Shown piece after piece: positions 29,321-40,040 of a DNA stretch of 64,000 nucleotides. The DNA is from an uncultured Phycisphaerales bacterium (GTDB lineage: Bacteria; Planctomycetota; Phycisphaerae; Sedimentisphaerales; Anaerobacaceae): NCBI GenBank assembly GCA_963718665.1, contig OY970359.1:608001-672000 (forward strand). The letters are read 5' to 3'. The position numbers and the translations under genes are program-made. The first letter of the stretch is position 1; each line of letters begins with the position of its first letter. Below the pieces are notes generated by a model. That model searched no databases. It was not told the origin of the DNA and worked only from the letters and a program-made list of their open reading frames with translations.

Positions 29321-30196
29321 ATGTCACAGGAAGTTTTAAAATTAGGTATCCCCGCCGGAAGCTTGCAAAAAGCAACCATCGAACTTTTCGCCAAGGCCGG
29401 CTTCAACATCACCGAATCCGACAGAAGCTATCTGCCCGCCATCGACGACGACCAGATACGGCCGACAATGCTCCGCGCTCAGGAAATGAGCCGGTACGTC
29501 GCCGACGGCGTCCTCGACGCCGGCATCACCGGCTACGACTGGATAATGGAAAACAACTCCGACGTAATCGAGGTCTGCCAGCTCGGTTACAGCAAAGCCA
29601 CAAGCAAACCCACAAGATGGGTCCTGGCTGTTCCCGAAGAATCGAAAGTCCAGAAGGTGCAGGACCTAAAAGGCGGAATCATCGCCACGGAGCTCGTCAA
29701 CGTAACCAAAAAATTCTTCGCCGACAAAAATATCGACGTCAAAATAGAATTTAGCTGGGGTGCAACCGAAGTCAAAGCCCGCCTCGTCGATGCGATTGTC
29801 GAGCTTACCGAAACCGGAAACTCTCTCGTCGCCAATAACCTGCGGATAATAGACACCGTTATTACTTCCACAACACGATTTATCGCCAACAAACAGGCCT
29901 GGCAAAACAAATTCAAAAAGGAAAAAATCGAAAACATCGCCATCCTGCTCAACGCCGCCATCGACGCCCGCAACATGGTCGGCCTCAAAATGAATATCGA
30001 AAAGACCAACCTCGACAAAATACTGAAAGTCCTGCCCTCGGAAAAAAGCCCCACCATTTCAAGTTTGGCTGACCCCAACTACATCGCCATTGAAGTTATT
30101 ATCGACGCCAAAATCGAACGCTCCCTTGTCCCCGCTCTCAAACGCGCCGGCGCTTCAGGAATAATTACCTATCCCCTCAACAAAGTGATTCATTAA
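29321..30196 (+). CDS. hisG: ATP phosphoribosyltransferase (long form)
   Basis: GIPAGSL, FSWGATEVK, VELTETG, SPTIS, GASGII. Confidence 0.95.
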   Translation: MSQEVLKLGIPAGSLQKATIELFAKAGFNITESDRSYLPAIDDDQIRPTMLRAQEMSRYVADGVLDAGITGYDWIMENNSDVIEVCQLGYSKATSKPTRWVLAVPEESKVQKVQDLKGGIIATELVNVTKKFFADKNIDVKIEFSWGATEVKARLVDAIVELTETGNSLVANNLRIIDTVITSTTRFIANKQAWQNKFKKEKIENIAILLNAAIDARNMVGLKMNIEKTNLDKILKVLPSEKSPTISSLADPNYIAIEVIIDAKIERSLVPALKRAGASGIITYPLNKVIH

Positions 30197-30202
30197 GGGC
30201 AT

Positions 30203-31333
30203 CTAAAAAATAGCGTTCAGCAGCCCTGCTAATGCTCCGCCCGCAATAAGCCAGGTCGAATTGACCTTGAACCGAATCAACAGCGCAAAAGAAATAATGG
30301 CAATCATAATGGTAAAGGGGCCGGTCAACGATGCCCTTCCTAACTGCCAGCTAACCGCAGCCATAAGTGCCAATGCCCCGACATTGACGCCGTCGAGAAA
30401 GGATGCCGCTAACTCAGATTTGCGAATGTGCGGCACAAGTGGTCCGGTAATTGCCACATAGACAAACGATGGAAGAAAGATAGCGACTGTGGCTACGATG
30501 GCGCCTGTTGGCCCGCCGAGCATATAGCCAATAAAAGTTGCTGTGGTGAAAACCGGGCCTGGCGTAAATTGCCCGACGGCAACAGCATCTATCAACTGGC
30601 TTTCTGTCATCCAATGTAGTTTTTGCACGAGGTCGGCGTTAAGAAAAGCCAACAGCACATAGCCGCTTCCAAAAAGCAATGCACCGACCTTCAGAAAAAC
30701 AAGAAAAAGAGGCCACAATCCAAAAGAAGCTATTGCCGCTCCCTGTGCAACGGGGGTAGAAGCAGAACCCAAAAATAATATAGATAACGCGGTATGCCGC
30801 CATTTATTGGCGCCACTTATAATTGCCACGACCAACCCGGAACCGAGTAGAACCAGCAATACGTTGAGACCGAGGAAACTGAAAGCCATAGCGATAACAG
30901 CAACTGCCCCAAGAAATCTGGACTTTACCGCGCTGCGGCCAAGCCGCCAGATGGCCTGCAAAATGACTGCAATTACAACTGGTTTAATCCCGTAGAAGAC
31001 GGCCGATACCTCGAGAAGCGTTCCGAATCGCACATACGCCCAGGCAATGGCGGTTACAAGAATCATTGCAGGTAAAATAAAACAAAGCCCCGCAAGTAAC
31101 AGCCCTGCTGCACCTGCGCGGGTATAGCCGATATAAATTGCCATTTCGGTAGAGCTTGGGCCGGGGATGAGATTGGCCGCTCCAAGCAAATCGAGGAATT
31201 TTTCGCGGGTTAGCCACTTACGCCGGACAACGGCTTCATCTTCCATCATCGCGATGTGGGCGGCGGGTCCGCCGAATGCCGTCAGACCCAGCTTGAGAAA
31301 TAATTTGGCCAGTCCGGCCAATCTTTGCGTCAT
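30203..31333 (-). CDS. chrA: Chromate efflux transporter
   Basis: AFGGPAAHIAM, LIPGPSSTEM, FGSGYVL, GQFTPGPVF. Confidence 0.92.
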   Translation of the reverse strand: MTQRLAGLAKLFLKLGLTAFGGPAAHIAMMEDEAVVRRKWLTREKFLDLLGAANLIPGPSSTEMAIYIGYTRAGAAGLLLAGLCFILPAMILVTAIAWAYVRFGTLLEVSAVFYGIKPVVIAVILQAIWRLGRSAVKSRFLGAVAVIAMAFSFLGLNVLLVLLGSGLVVAIISGANKWRHTALSILFLGSASTPVAQGAAIASFGLWPLFLVFLKVGALLFGSGYVLLAFLNADLVQKLHWMTESQLIDAVAVGQFTPGPVFTTATFIGYMLGGPTGAIVATVAIFLPSFVYVAITGPLVPHIRKSELAASFLDGVNVGALALMAAVSWQLGRASLTGPFTIMIAIISFALLIRFKVNSTWLIAGGALAGLLNAIF

Positions 31334-31372
31334 AAAACCCTCACCTCCTCTTTGCGGAATCCATCGGTATTC

Positions 31373-32401
31373 TTATTCATTTGAGGGTAATAAAGGAACT
31401 ACCAGGGCATCCCGCGGAATTTCCCCTGTCAGCGATTTTAAAAACGCGTTAATGTCCCCAAGCTCCTCTTTTGAAAGCTCTCTGCCTATCTGAATTTTAC
31501 CCATAATCCATTCGGCCTGCTCCAATGAGCCAACCGAGCCGTCGTGAAAATACGGCGAGGTTTTTTCAACGTTTCTCAACATCGGGACTTTGAATACAAA
31601 CTTGTCCGATTCTTCCTTTGTCACCTCGTATCTTCCGTTATCAACCGGTTCGCTTTTGGTATATTTCCAGTATGACTCAATGAGGCCGAATTTCATATAC
31701 ATCTGCCCCCCCGCGTAAACGCCCGAATGGCAGCCGGAGCAGCCGACGTCCATAAATGTCTTCAAACCCTTCTTTTCCCGTTCATTCAGTGCCTGCTGAT
31801 TCCTTGCCAAAAACGCGTCAAAAGGCGAAGGCGTAACGAGTGTCCGCTCAAATGCGCCGATTGCCTTCGCGAAATTGTCTATTGTAACAGCATTTACATC
31901 GCCCGGGAACGCCTCCTTGAACAATGGGCCGTATCCTATTTCCCCCAGCTTCTTTTCGACCGCCGCGTAGGAAGGCATACCGAATGAAGCCGGCCCTGTC
32001 ACCGACTGCTTCGCCTGGTCCTCGACCCCGGTTCGATTTCCAATCCAGTGCGCGGATATTTGGCCGGCAGCGTTCAAAACCGTCGGGCTGTTTCTTTGGT
32101 TGATTTTGCATTGGTTCCCGATTGCCTTTGGCAATCCGTCTGCCCCGTATAAGCTGAAAGGATGACATTTCGAACAGCTAACTGTCCCGTCCGAGGAAAT
32201 ACGGGTCTCGTAAAAAAGGATTTTGCCGAGCTTGACCTTTTCGGGTGTCACCGGATTTTTGTCCGATTCCATCACCTTCGGTAACTGGCCGAATACCTGC
32301 TTTGCCCGCGTTGCCAGGTCATCATCTGCGCTCTCGGCCAACGTCACAAAAGCAAAAGACAAAACAAAAGCAATTACAAGCGTCTTCACGTCTATCCACA
32401 C
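31373..32401 (-). CDS. Di-heme cytochrome c peroxidase family protein
   Basis: Two CxxCH (CSKCH, CSGCH), RNSPTVLN, FKVPMLRN, PYFHDG. Confidence 0.92.
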   Translation of the reverse strand: MWIDVKTLVIAFVLSFAFVTLAESADDDLATRAKQVFGQLPKVMESDKNPVTPEKVKLGKILFYETRISSDGTVSCSKCHPFSLYGADGLPKAIGNQCKINQRNSPTVLNAAGQISAHWIGNRTGVEDQAKQSVTGPASFGMPSYAAVEKKLGEIGYGPLFKEAFPGDVNAVTIDNFAKAIGAFERTLVTPSPFDAFLARNQQALNEREKKGLKTFMDVGCSGCHSGVYAGGQMYMKFGLIESYWKYTKSEPVDNGRYEVTKEESDKFVFKVPMLRNVEKTSPYFHDGSVGSLEQAEWIMGKIQIGRELSKEELGDINAFLKSLTGEIPRDALVVPLLPSNE

Positions 32402-32406
32402 TTTAA

Positions 32407-33135
32407 TTACGATGACGATTTAACTTTTACCGACGGCGCGGTAAACTTTGCCAAATCGGCCAGACCAAGCTCGGCTTCGATTTCGCTGATTTGCTTCACC
32501 GCATTCTCGAATCCATTTTTACCAAGCATCTCCTGCTCGATATCCTCGAATTTGTCGTTCATCTTGTCTAATTGTTTAGCGGTTAGGGTTTGTTTCCACG
32601 CGGGGAAAATAACCGTGTCCTCTCTTGCCGCGTGCGGCCGGTACATCCGCACCATCGACTCCATCGCCTTTGCCAACGGCTCTGTGTCACCAGATTCTAT
32701 TTTTGCGGCCTTTGTCACGGAAAGAATATACTCGGTTGTCTCACGGCCGCGATTATGCTGTTCGATTAGAATATCCGTGTAGCCCGCCGTATCGCCCCCC
32801 GCCTTTTTGACCGCCGGAAAAATAAATGCCTCTTCCAGTTTCTTCTCGTGATAATCCTCGCCAAAAGTGTGAAACAGATTGGCTGTCTTCTGAAGCGCGC
32901 CAGGCGAAACCTCCGAAAGATTGCTTCGCAGCCGCATTGCTGCTTCGCTGTAAACAAACAGTGCCCTTCGCAAAATACCGTGCTCCCGCATCAAATCCTC
33001 GGTCGCAGTAACTTCCCCGCCCATTGCCTCTTTGCTCGGCTCCGGCTCAACTACCCCCAGCGCCCTGCCCGCTAAAATCATACCGCTGCTTACGCCGCCG
33101 ATACCGACAAGTAAATCTCTTCTGCTCAAGCCCAT
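32407..33135 (-). CDS. Tat-exported hemerythrin-domain protein
   Basis: SRRDLL signal; EDLMREHG, YHEKKLEE, HAAREDTVIFP; AAGGAG RBS. Confidence 0.85.
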   Translation of the reverse strand: MGLSRRDLLVGIGGVSSGMILAGRALGVVEPEPSKEAMGGEVTATEDLMREHGILRRALFVYSEAAMRLRSNLSEVSPGALQKTANLFHTFGEDYHEKKLEEAFIFPAVKKAGGDTAGYTDILIEQHNRGRETTEYILSVTKAAKIESGDTEPLAKAMESMVRMYRPHAAREDTVIFPAWKQTLTAKQLDKMNDKFEDIEQEMLGKNGFENAVKQISEIEAELGLADLAKFTAPSVKVKSSS

Positions 33136-33294
33136 AGTAATCTCCTTAACCACAACTGCATATTAAATCTCTCGGTAAATCGCAGCTATAAGGAAATTGC
33201 TTAGACGTGAATTCATAATTGCTTAATGCCGGCCGGATTCCCGTGATACCTCATCGACCGAAACACGCGATGCAAACTATGCTGCTGTGCAGGA

Positions 33295-33855
33295 TTACTT
33301 GGTTACTCTGCCGAGATATGAACCGTCTTCGGTGTTGATGCGAACCACCTCGCCGACTTCGATAAAAGGCGGCACCCTTATTCTCAGGCCCGTCTCCAAA
33401 TCGGCGTCCTTCATCTGATTGGTAACAGTCGCTCCTTTGGGCTGGGGCGTCGTTTCCGTAACAGTCAATTCAACCGTCTTGGGAATTTCGATACTCACAA
33501 CGTTGCCGTTATTCAGCATTGCCGTCAGCATCGTATTGGGCTTGAAAAACTTTATCAGGTCGCCGATTATTTCGTTAGGGACCGTTATCTGGTCAAACGT
33601 CTTTGTGTCCATCAGGACATGCCCGTGACTGTCCGAGTAAAGGTATTCCATCTCGCGCTTATCAAGATACGCCTGCTCAAGTTCCTCCGTGGCGCGTAAA
33701 CGATTCTCAACAATGGTACCGTCGGAAATCCTCTTGAGTTTGGCCTGAACGAATGCCCGCAGGTTGCCGGGCGTCACGTGAGCAAACTTGGTGCAGATAT
33801 ACAACTGGCCTTGCACCTTAATGGCCATTCCGGGTCGCATTTCACTTGCCTTCAC
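33295..33855 (-). CDS. efp: Elongation factor P
   Basis: TPGN loop, YLYSD, LETG..I.VPPFI..GE.V.INT.DG.Y.GR. Confidence 0.95.
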   Translation of the reverse strand: MKASEMRPGMAIKVQGQLYICTKFAHVTPGNLRAFVQAKLKRISDGTIVENRLRATEELEQAYLDKREMEYLYSDSHGHVLMDTKTFDQITVPNEIIGDLIKFFKPNTMLTAMLNNGNVVSIEIPKTVELTVTETTPQPKGATVTNQMKDADLETGLRIRVPPFIEVGEVVRINTEDGSYLGRVTK

Positions 33856-33973
33856 AACATTCTCCTATACAAGCTATTTTCTTCAATAATCAATAAAGGG
33901 CTTATTTTAGCGTAAAGACCGCTTCCCGGTCAAGTGCAATCACCGCAAATCATCGATAATCAATTACCGATTA

Positions 33974-35833
33974 TCAGTTCTTGCCTTGGGGATTAAGGTA
34001 TTTGAACTCGAAGAAAAACCCGTCGGGCCTGCTGATTCCGTAGCCCGCCGACAGGCCAAAATACTTTTTCACCGCGCCAAACTCAGGCAGCAAACTAAAG
34101 TCCGCGAAATCCCACGCGTCAGGTCCCGCAAGGACAGCCGCCGCAGGCCCCATTCCCATGGAAGCCCGCCGTGATTTGGCGCTGTCCTTCAGCATCCACC
34201 ACAACAATTCCCCCGACGCCACGTTATCCTCAAATCCAGCCGACCCCACAACCGAAGGAATAGCCGCTTTTGCTGTGTTAAACCACTTTGCCGTACTCAC
34301 CGGCTCGTTTTCCGCCCCGCCCAAAGTCCGTATCGCTCGCTCAACCGCTGGCTCCGGCCCAAAAATCAAATGCGTATCAGTAATCATAAAAGCCAACCGC
34401 TCCCCCTTCGGTGTCGCACGCTGCGGCCCCGCCTCCACCATCGGCACAGACCCGCCCAAAACAGGCACTCCCGCCGGCCCAATAAGATAAAGCGTGTATC
34501 CAAGTAATTCACGCGTCGGCTCAGGATTGTTCGGCGCAATCAGCCGTTTGTGAATAAGCGACAGTGACTTCTCCAGCGCCGCCCGATTGTTCACACTCAC
34601 GGCTATATAAATATCCGTCGGCTCTTTATCCTTCGAAAACGGCTTGTTTACGCTCTGAGCAATCACAATCTCCGTGCCAAGATATTCTATTATGTCGGGC
34701 CTGATGGATATCCCCGGCTCACTGTCCGACCCCGTCCCCGGAATCGGCTGCTGAAGCAGCAGCGCCGTCGTCGGGTCAAATCCGTAAATTATGCTGCAAA
34801 GCTCGTCATACGCACGCTTGATATCCAGGTTCAAAAAACTCACCGAGCACGCCGACGCCGGCACAAATCGCGGAGCACGCACTGGGTCGGAACGCATCTC
34901 CAACATTTTCAAAATGCCCTTCCTCATCCCGGTCGTCCTCAAAAAAATCTTCCCACGAACCGTACTCTCCGCGTCAGGCACAATACCGGCAGAAAAACCA
35001 AGCCCCCCCGCTCCGTCAAGACCAAGATTAGCAATCTCCTTCTGTGATTCGCCCGTCGCGTCCCCATCGGCCAGTTGTTTTATCATCCGTTTTAAATTCA
35101 CATATACATCGACGTCATGATATGGCCCGACCGCTCCCATCGTCGCTGTGTAATCCGTATCGCCCGCCAGCGATGAAGCCCCCGCGCCCTTAATCTGCGA
35201 AACAACGAACTTTACCGCCTCCGCGTCGTTTGCCATTATCAGGCAATCACCGACAAAACAATAAACGTCTTTTTCCGACGTCGGCCCTGTTTTTTCCGCC
35301 ATATTATCATCGCTGTCTTTAACCGCCGGTTTTTCCGCCGCCGCCGTCGTCAGCGTTATGATATTTACGTCACGATAGCTCTCAATCCCCCTGTGCGCGC
35401 CTTTTTCAACGGACCTGGCCGTTATCTTCTCGATAACATCTCTCACCCTGCCGATATTGCGACCCCACTGACTTATCAGCATCATCGACATTTCCTGCTG
35501 CCCCACCGTCATCACAAACGTCAGTCGGCCTTCGGGCATAAGATTCGCGTCGAGTATGCCTTTTACAAATGAGTCCTTGTCGCCCTCTATCTTTTCACGA
35601 ACCTTGCCGGTGAAGTTTTTCACAAACGCAGACATCGACGGGTCATTATATAACTTATAAATACTGGTTTTTTCGAGTTTGGTCCTGAACTGATTGAAGT
35701 CGCCTATATCCACAAGCAGCACTGTATCCGCCCCGACAAGCTCCGCCGTCTTCGGCAGTCCTGCCCCCTTCGCGTTGTCAACCATCACTGCTGCACAAAT
35801 AACACAAATCGAAAATGCTGCTCTAATTTTCAT
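33974..35833 (-). CDS. Exported hypothetical protein (DUF3352-like)
   Basis: Signal peptide; 619-aa ORF with host codon usage; repeated 'LI.....AV...I' units. Confidence 0.6.
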   Translation of the reverse strand: MKIRAAFSICVICAAVMVDNAKGAGLPKTAELVGADTVLLVDIGDFNQFRTKLEKTSIYKLYNDPSMSAFVKNFTGKVREKIEGDKDSFVKGILDANLMPEGRLTFVMTVGQQEMSMMLISQWGRNIGRVRDVIEKITARSVEKGAHRGIESYRDVNIITLTTAAAEKPAVKDSDDNMAEKTGPTSEKDVYCFVGDCLIMANDAEAVKFVVSQIKGAGASSLAGDTDYTATMGAVGPYHDVDVYVNLKRMIKQLADGDATGESQKEIANLGLDGAGGLGFSAGIVPDAESTVRGKIFLRTTGMRKGILKMLEMRSDPVRAPRFVPASACSVSFLNLDIKRAYDELCSIIYGFDPTTALLLQQPIPGTGSDSEPGISIRPDIIEYLGTEIVIAQSVNKPFSKDKEPTDIYIAVSVNNRAALEKSLSLIHKRLIAPNNPEPTRELLGYTLYLIGPAGVPVLGGSVPMVEAGPQRATPKGERLAFMITDTHLIFGPEPAVERAIRTLGGAENEPVSTAKWFNTAKAAIPSVVGSAGFEDNVASGELLWWMLKDSAKSRRASMGMGPAAAVLAGPDAWDFADFSLLPEFGAVKKYFGLSAGYGISRPDGFFFEFKYLNPQGKN

Positions 35834-35845
35834 CTGCGCCTTTCA

Positions 35846-36829
35846 TCAATCAATCTTCGGCTTGCCTTTATTGCGTCTGCCGTCCGGCTGAATATACCTG
35901 TACCCCGTATTCGGATTGTTCTTGTCATACGCGAACGCGTCGCGGTTATCTATAAAATGCTTCACGTAATCCACAGGTATCGCAAACCCCAGCCCCCCGA
36001 GGAATACGTAACCCATATTCGTAACCCCGATAACCTCGCCCGACAGGTTAAACAAAGGCCCGCCTGAATTGCCCGGGTTAATCGCCGCGTCGGTCTGCAA
36101 ATAAATCAGCCCCTCAAACGCCCTGTTCGTCGTACTGATAACCCCGTTGGTCACAGTCCGCTCAAGACCCAGCGGATTACCAATCGCGAACACCTGCTCG
36201 CCCGCCCGTATCTCGCCGATATCGCCGAGATAAACAAACTTCACCTGCATATCGCCCAAATCCTCAACCTTCAAAAGTGCGAGGTCAACGAAAGGATTTA
36301 TCGCCTCAATCCGCACGCCCTTGAAAACCTTCTTATCGAAGCCGTCTTTTGCCTTCTTAAATACCGTTACCTCAATCTTTGTTTCCTTCTCGACGACGTG
36401 ATAATTCGTTATAAGATACCCCTGTTCATTTATAAAAAATCCCGACCCCATCCCCGCCGGGCTGCTAACCTTGACCACCGCCTCCCCAACTTCCGCCACA
36501 CACTGCTCAATTGTTCTCTTCTGGAATTTACCCGTGTAATACAGCCGACCTGTCGCTGGCTCCGCTTTTATCTCATTCGCTTCTGTCGCCGGCTGCATTG
36601 ACACCGCATTCGCATCTCCCGTTTTGTCATAGTGATATTCGAGAACATCCTCTCTGGGAACAGCTATCACCGTAACACCGACGTCCACGTAAATCTGCTC
36701 GTGCCTCTCCGCTACAATATCACCCACGAGCTTTTGCCCTCCCTTTAGCACAACGACGTCCGCCTGCACAAATCCCGCAAATAAACCGGCCAACACAACA
36801 CCCAACACGATTGTCCCGTAATATCTCAT
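35846..36829 (-). CDS. Trypsin-like (S1C/HtrA-type) serine protease without PDZ
   Basis: GSGF, TNYHV, DLALL, INPGNSGGPL. Confidence 0.9.
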   Translation of the reverse strand: MRYYGTIVLGVVLAGLFAGFVQADVVVLKGGQKLVGDIVAERHEQIYVDVGVTVIAVPREDVLEYHYDKTGDANAVSMQPATEANEIKAEPATGRLYYTGKFQKRTIEQCVAEVGEAVVKVSSPAGMGSGFFINEQGYLITNYHVVEKETKIEVTVFKKAKDGFDKKVFKGVRIEAINPFVDLALLKVEDLGDMQVKFVYLGDIGEIRAGEQVFAIGNPLGLERTVTNGVISTTNRAFEGLIYLQTDAAINPGNSGGPLFNLSGEVIGVTNMGYVFLGGLGFAIPVDYVKHFIDNRDAFAYDKNNPNTGYRYIQPDGRRNKGKPKID

Positions 36830-37014
36830 AAATTACCCGCCAATCAACGATAAATCCTTTCCCTGTTTTACGCCATAAACCCCGCCTTTTCAAGTACAAA
36901 CCGCCCTTATTATGATTTCTGTTGCAAATCATCGCTCTTTGTTGACAATGTTAAATCATAAATCAAAATTTATCCGCCAGTCAGTTTGGCGGAATCATAA
37001 ATCAAAAATTGAAA

Positions 37015-38637
37015 ATGGTTTTCACGCTTCACAGATATATTTTTCGCGAGGTCATCAGGGTTTTTATCCTCGCAACCGTGGCTCTGACGTTGATGATGAG
37101 CTTGGGCAGCATTCTGCGCCCGGTCCAGGAATTCGGCGTCGGCCCAGGGCAGGTCGTCCGCCTTATGATTTATTTCCTCCCTGTTACCCTCACCTTTGTT
37201 CTGCCTATGGCCGCGCTTTTCGCCACCACCCTCGTTTACGGCCGGCTCGCCAACGACAACGAGCTTGACGCCTGCAAGGCAAGCGGCATTTCCGTCCTCA
37301 CACTGGTTTACCCCGGCTTTATTCTCGCCGTCATTGTCGCCACCGCAAACCTGCTCCTCAGCTTTTATGTTATGCCTGCCTTTATACACCAGGCGGAAAA
37401 CTCCCTCAAAAACGACGCCAGGCAAATCCTTTTCAGAAATATCCAGCGAAAGGGTTACTATTCCCTGCCCCCCGACGGCCGCTGCAGGATTTACGCCGAC
37501 AACGCCGACATACAAAATAATGTGCTCTCAGGAGTTGTCGCCGTCGATATGGCCGCCAACGGCTCAATCAAAAGAATCGTTACCGCGGAAACTGCGAAAG
37601 TTGTCTTCGACCCTCATCAAAATATTAACGAGGTACGCATTAACGCCCACAACACCTACCAGATAGCCCCCGGTGAAGACGCCGCCTTCTTCGCTGAACA
37701 ACTCTCCCTGACCGCTGAATTCGGCGCACTGCTCGGCGACAATATCCAGTTCAAAAAAATCGGCGAAATGAAACAAATTCGCCGAAACCCCATGCTCTTC
37801 GAACCCGTCGATCGACTTGCCCGCCACCTCTATGCCATGTTCACCGCCGAGCTCCTCGCCCAGCAGATTAACGACGCCTTCTCCTCCCCCGCAAAAACAC
37901 CCTTCAAGCTCTTCAATGACCGTCAGGTTGTCGAATTTTCCGCAAAATCCTGTTCACTCAAGGATGAAGAATGCCTCATTCTCACTGATGACATTACTAT
38001 TACCGAACGGCCGGTCAGCAGCAACACATCGCCCCGAACACTGCGGTGCCAAAAGGCCTTTATCAATATCGAAGGCGATGAAATGGCCCCCACGCTTACT
38101 CTCGATATTCAAAACGCCAAATGGACATCCACCGACCCGCAAAACCCGCAGACACAGGAAAATATCCTCGCAAGACAAATCATCAGGGGGCTTGTTATGC
38201 CCGCTGCCGTTACCGACAATTTCAAAACCGACGATATCCTTAGCGAAATAAGCCCAAAAGCAATATCTGCCGCCCTCCACGACGGCCCCGACAAACAGTT
38301 GCTCGCCCTGCAGGACCAGCTTCGAAAAAGAATCGCCAGAACACTTACCTCTATAAGTGCCGAAATGAACTCACGCCTCGTCTTCGGCGTCGGATGCGTA
38401 ACACTTATTATGATTGGTATCGGCCTCGGAATCGTCCTCAAAGGCGGCCATCTCCTTACCGCCTTTGCGGCAAGCGCAGCACCGGCTCTCGTCTTCATCT
38501 CCTGTATTATTATGGGCAAAAACATCGCCGAAAACCCGTCTTCCAGAATCATATTCGGCGTCCCAATGATGTGGACAGGACTGATTATTCTCTCACTGCT
38601 TGGACTTGAATTATATCGGCGATTGCTTCGCCATTAA
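37015..38637 (+). CDS. lptF: LptF/LptG-family permease
   Basis: LHRYI, LP.....TT..YGRL..DNE..A..ASG; 3+3 TM layout; paired with next gene. Confidence 0.8.
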   Translation: MVFTLHRYIFREVIRVFILATVALTLMMSLGSILRPVQEFGVGPGQVVRLMIYFLPVTLTFVLPMAALFATTLVYGRLANDNELDACKASGISVLTLVYPGFILAVIVATANLLLSFYVMPAFIHQAENSLKNDARQILFRNIQRKGYYSLPPDGRCRIYADNADIQNNVLSGVVAVDMAANGSIKRIVTAETAKVVFDPHQNINEVRINAHNTYQIAPGEDAAFFAEQLSLTAEFGALLGDNIQFKKIGEMKQIRRNPMLFEPVDRLARHLYAMFTAELLAQQINDAFSSPAKTPFKLFNDRQVVEFSAKSCSLKDEECLILTDDITITERPVSSNTSPRTLRCQKAFINIEGDEMAPTLTLDIQNAKWTSTDPQNPQTQENILARQIIRGLVMPAAVTDNFKTDDILSEISPKAISAALHDGPDKQLLALQDQLRKRIARTLTSISAEMNSRLVFGVGCVTLIMIGIGLGIVLKGGHLLTAFAASAAPALVFISCIIMGKNIAENPSSRIIFGVPMMWTGLIILSLLGLELYRRLLRH

Positions 38638-38664
38638 GCGTTTAATAAACCAGCGAAAAATAAA

Positions 38665-39795
38665 ATGAAAATATTAGACAAATACGTTGCGAAAAACTTC
38701 CTCATCGGCTACGCCATTGCCTTTTGCGTCCTCATCGGCATGCGCATAACCATTGACCTCTTCGCAAATCTCGACGAATTCGTCGAGCATGCCGACCTCG
38801 ATACCATGGCTGTAATCGCCAACATCATCACTTATTACTCGCTCCAGAGCACTTTGTATTTCCGCGACTTCGCAGGTATGATTACCGTCGTCGCCGCCGC
38901 ATTCTCCCTCGGCAAAATGGTGCGATACAACGAGCTGATAGCCATGATGGCTTCGGGCGTCAGTTTAAAAAGAGTCATCACCCCCATCGTCATCCTCGCC
39001 GTCGTGTTCTCCGGCTTTCTCATAATCGACCAGGAATTGATTATCCCCGCTCTCGGCCCCAAACTCGTCCGGAGCTCAGATGCCATACCCGGCAAAGAAT
39101 CTTACAAAGTATGGTTCATAACCGACGCCAGCGGCTCACTTGTATCGGCCAAAAAATTTGACGTGGCTTCCTCGACTTTTGATGACCTCATCGTCGTAAC
39201 TCGATCCAAAAAACCCGATGCCCTCCTTTGGGAACCAACAGGTATTATCGAAGCCAGCAAGGCAACTTACGATTCCAAAAGCCAGACATGGCTCCTCACC
39301 GACGGCTTTTTCACCCCCATCCCGAAACTCGGCTTGCACCAGCCCGGCAGACAAAATGCCGCCGCCTCACGAACCCCTCTTTCCGCCTACCGCACCGACT
39401 TAACGCCAAACGACATCCCCATCAGGCGAAAAGCCGAGCACAAATCTCTCCTCAGCTCTCTGCAATTATCTCAACTGGCCTCGCAGGGAACGCAACTCAA
39501 AGACATCGCGAACCTCTACAGCCAGAAACATTTCAGAATTACCGACCCCATTATGAATCTCGTTATGCTTCTCGTCTGCCTGCCCGTCCTCGTTTGCCGC
39601 GACCCCAAATCAATGAAATCCGCCATCGCCATCAGCTTCGCCATCACCGCTGCCTCGCTCGTCATTAGTTTTGTCTGCAGAATACTCGCCACCGAAGACG
39701 TCTTCGGCAGAATCGTCCCCGAACTCTGGGCGTGGCTCCCTGTCTTTATCTTCGCTCCAATCGCCTTTCTTGAAATCGACTCAATGAAAACCTGA
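38665..39795 (+). CDS. lptG: LptF/LptG-family permease
   Basis: MKILDKY, NELIAM.ASGVSL.R, WAWLP. Confidence 0.8.
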   Translation: MKILDKYVAKNFLIGYAIAFCVLIGMRITIDLFANLDEFVEHADLDTMAVIANIITYYSLQSTLYFRDFAGMITVVAAAFSLGKMVRYNELIAMMASGVSLKRVITPIVILAVVFSGFLIIDQELIIPALGPKLVRSSDAIPGKESYKVWFITDASGSLVSAKKFDVASSTFDDLIVVTRSKKPDALLWEPTGIIEASKATYDSKSQTWLLTDGFFTPIPKLGLHQPGRQNAAASRTPLSAYRTDLTPNDIPIRRKAEHKSLLSSLQLSQLASQGTQLKDIANLYSQKHFRITDPIMNLVMLLVCLPVLVCRDPKSMKSAIAISFAITAASLVISFVCRILATEDVFGRIVPELWAWLPVFIFAPIAFLEIDSMKT

Positions 39796-40040
39796 AAACA
39801 ACATCAAGCATCCAGGCAAAGATCAACGGCTTTTTCTGCCCCCTCTTTACAAGGTTCAACTCTGTTTCCTGTTAGGCAGTTGCGAAGCATAAATTAAGCA
39901 TTTTCCTTATTTCGCTTTACCGGCTTCGCCGCTATTTTACAAACACAATATAGCAGGTTTTAATGTGTCCAATTACGTGCGTAGTAAAGTGCCAATTTGG
40001 GGCAATACCTAAATCGAACTCATTATGAAGGGACAAATTT

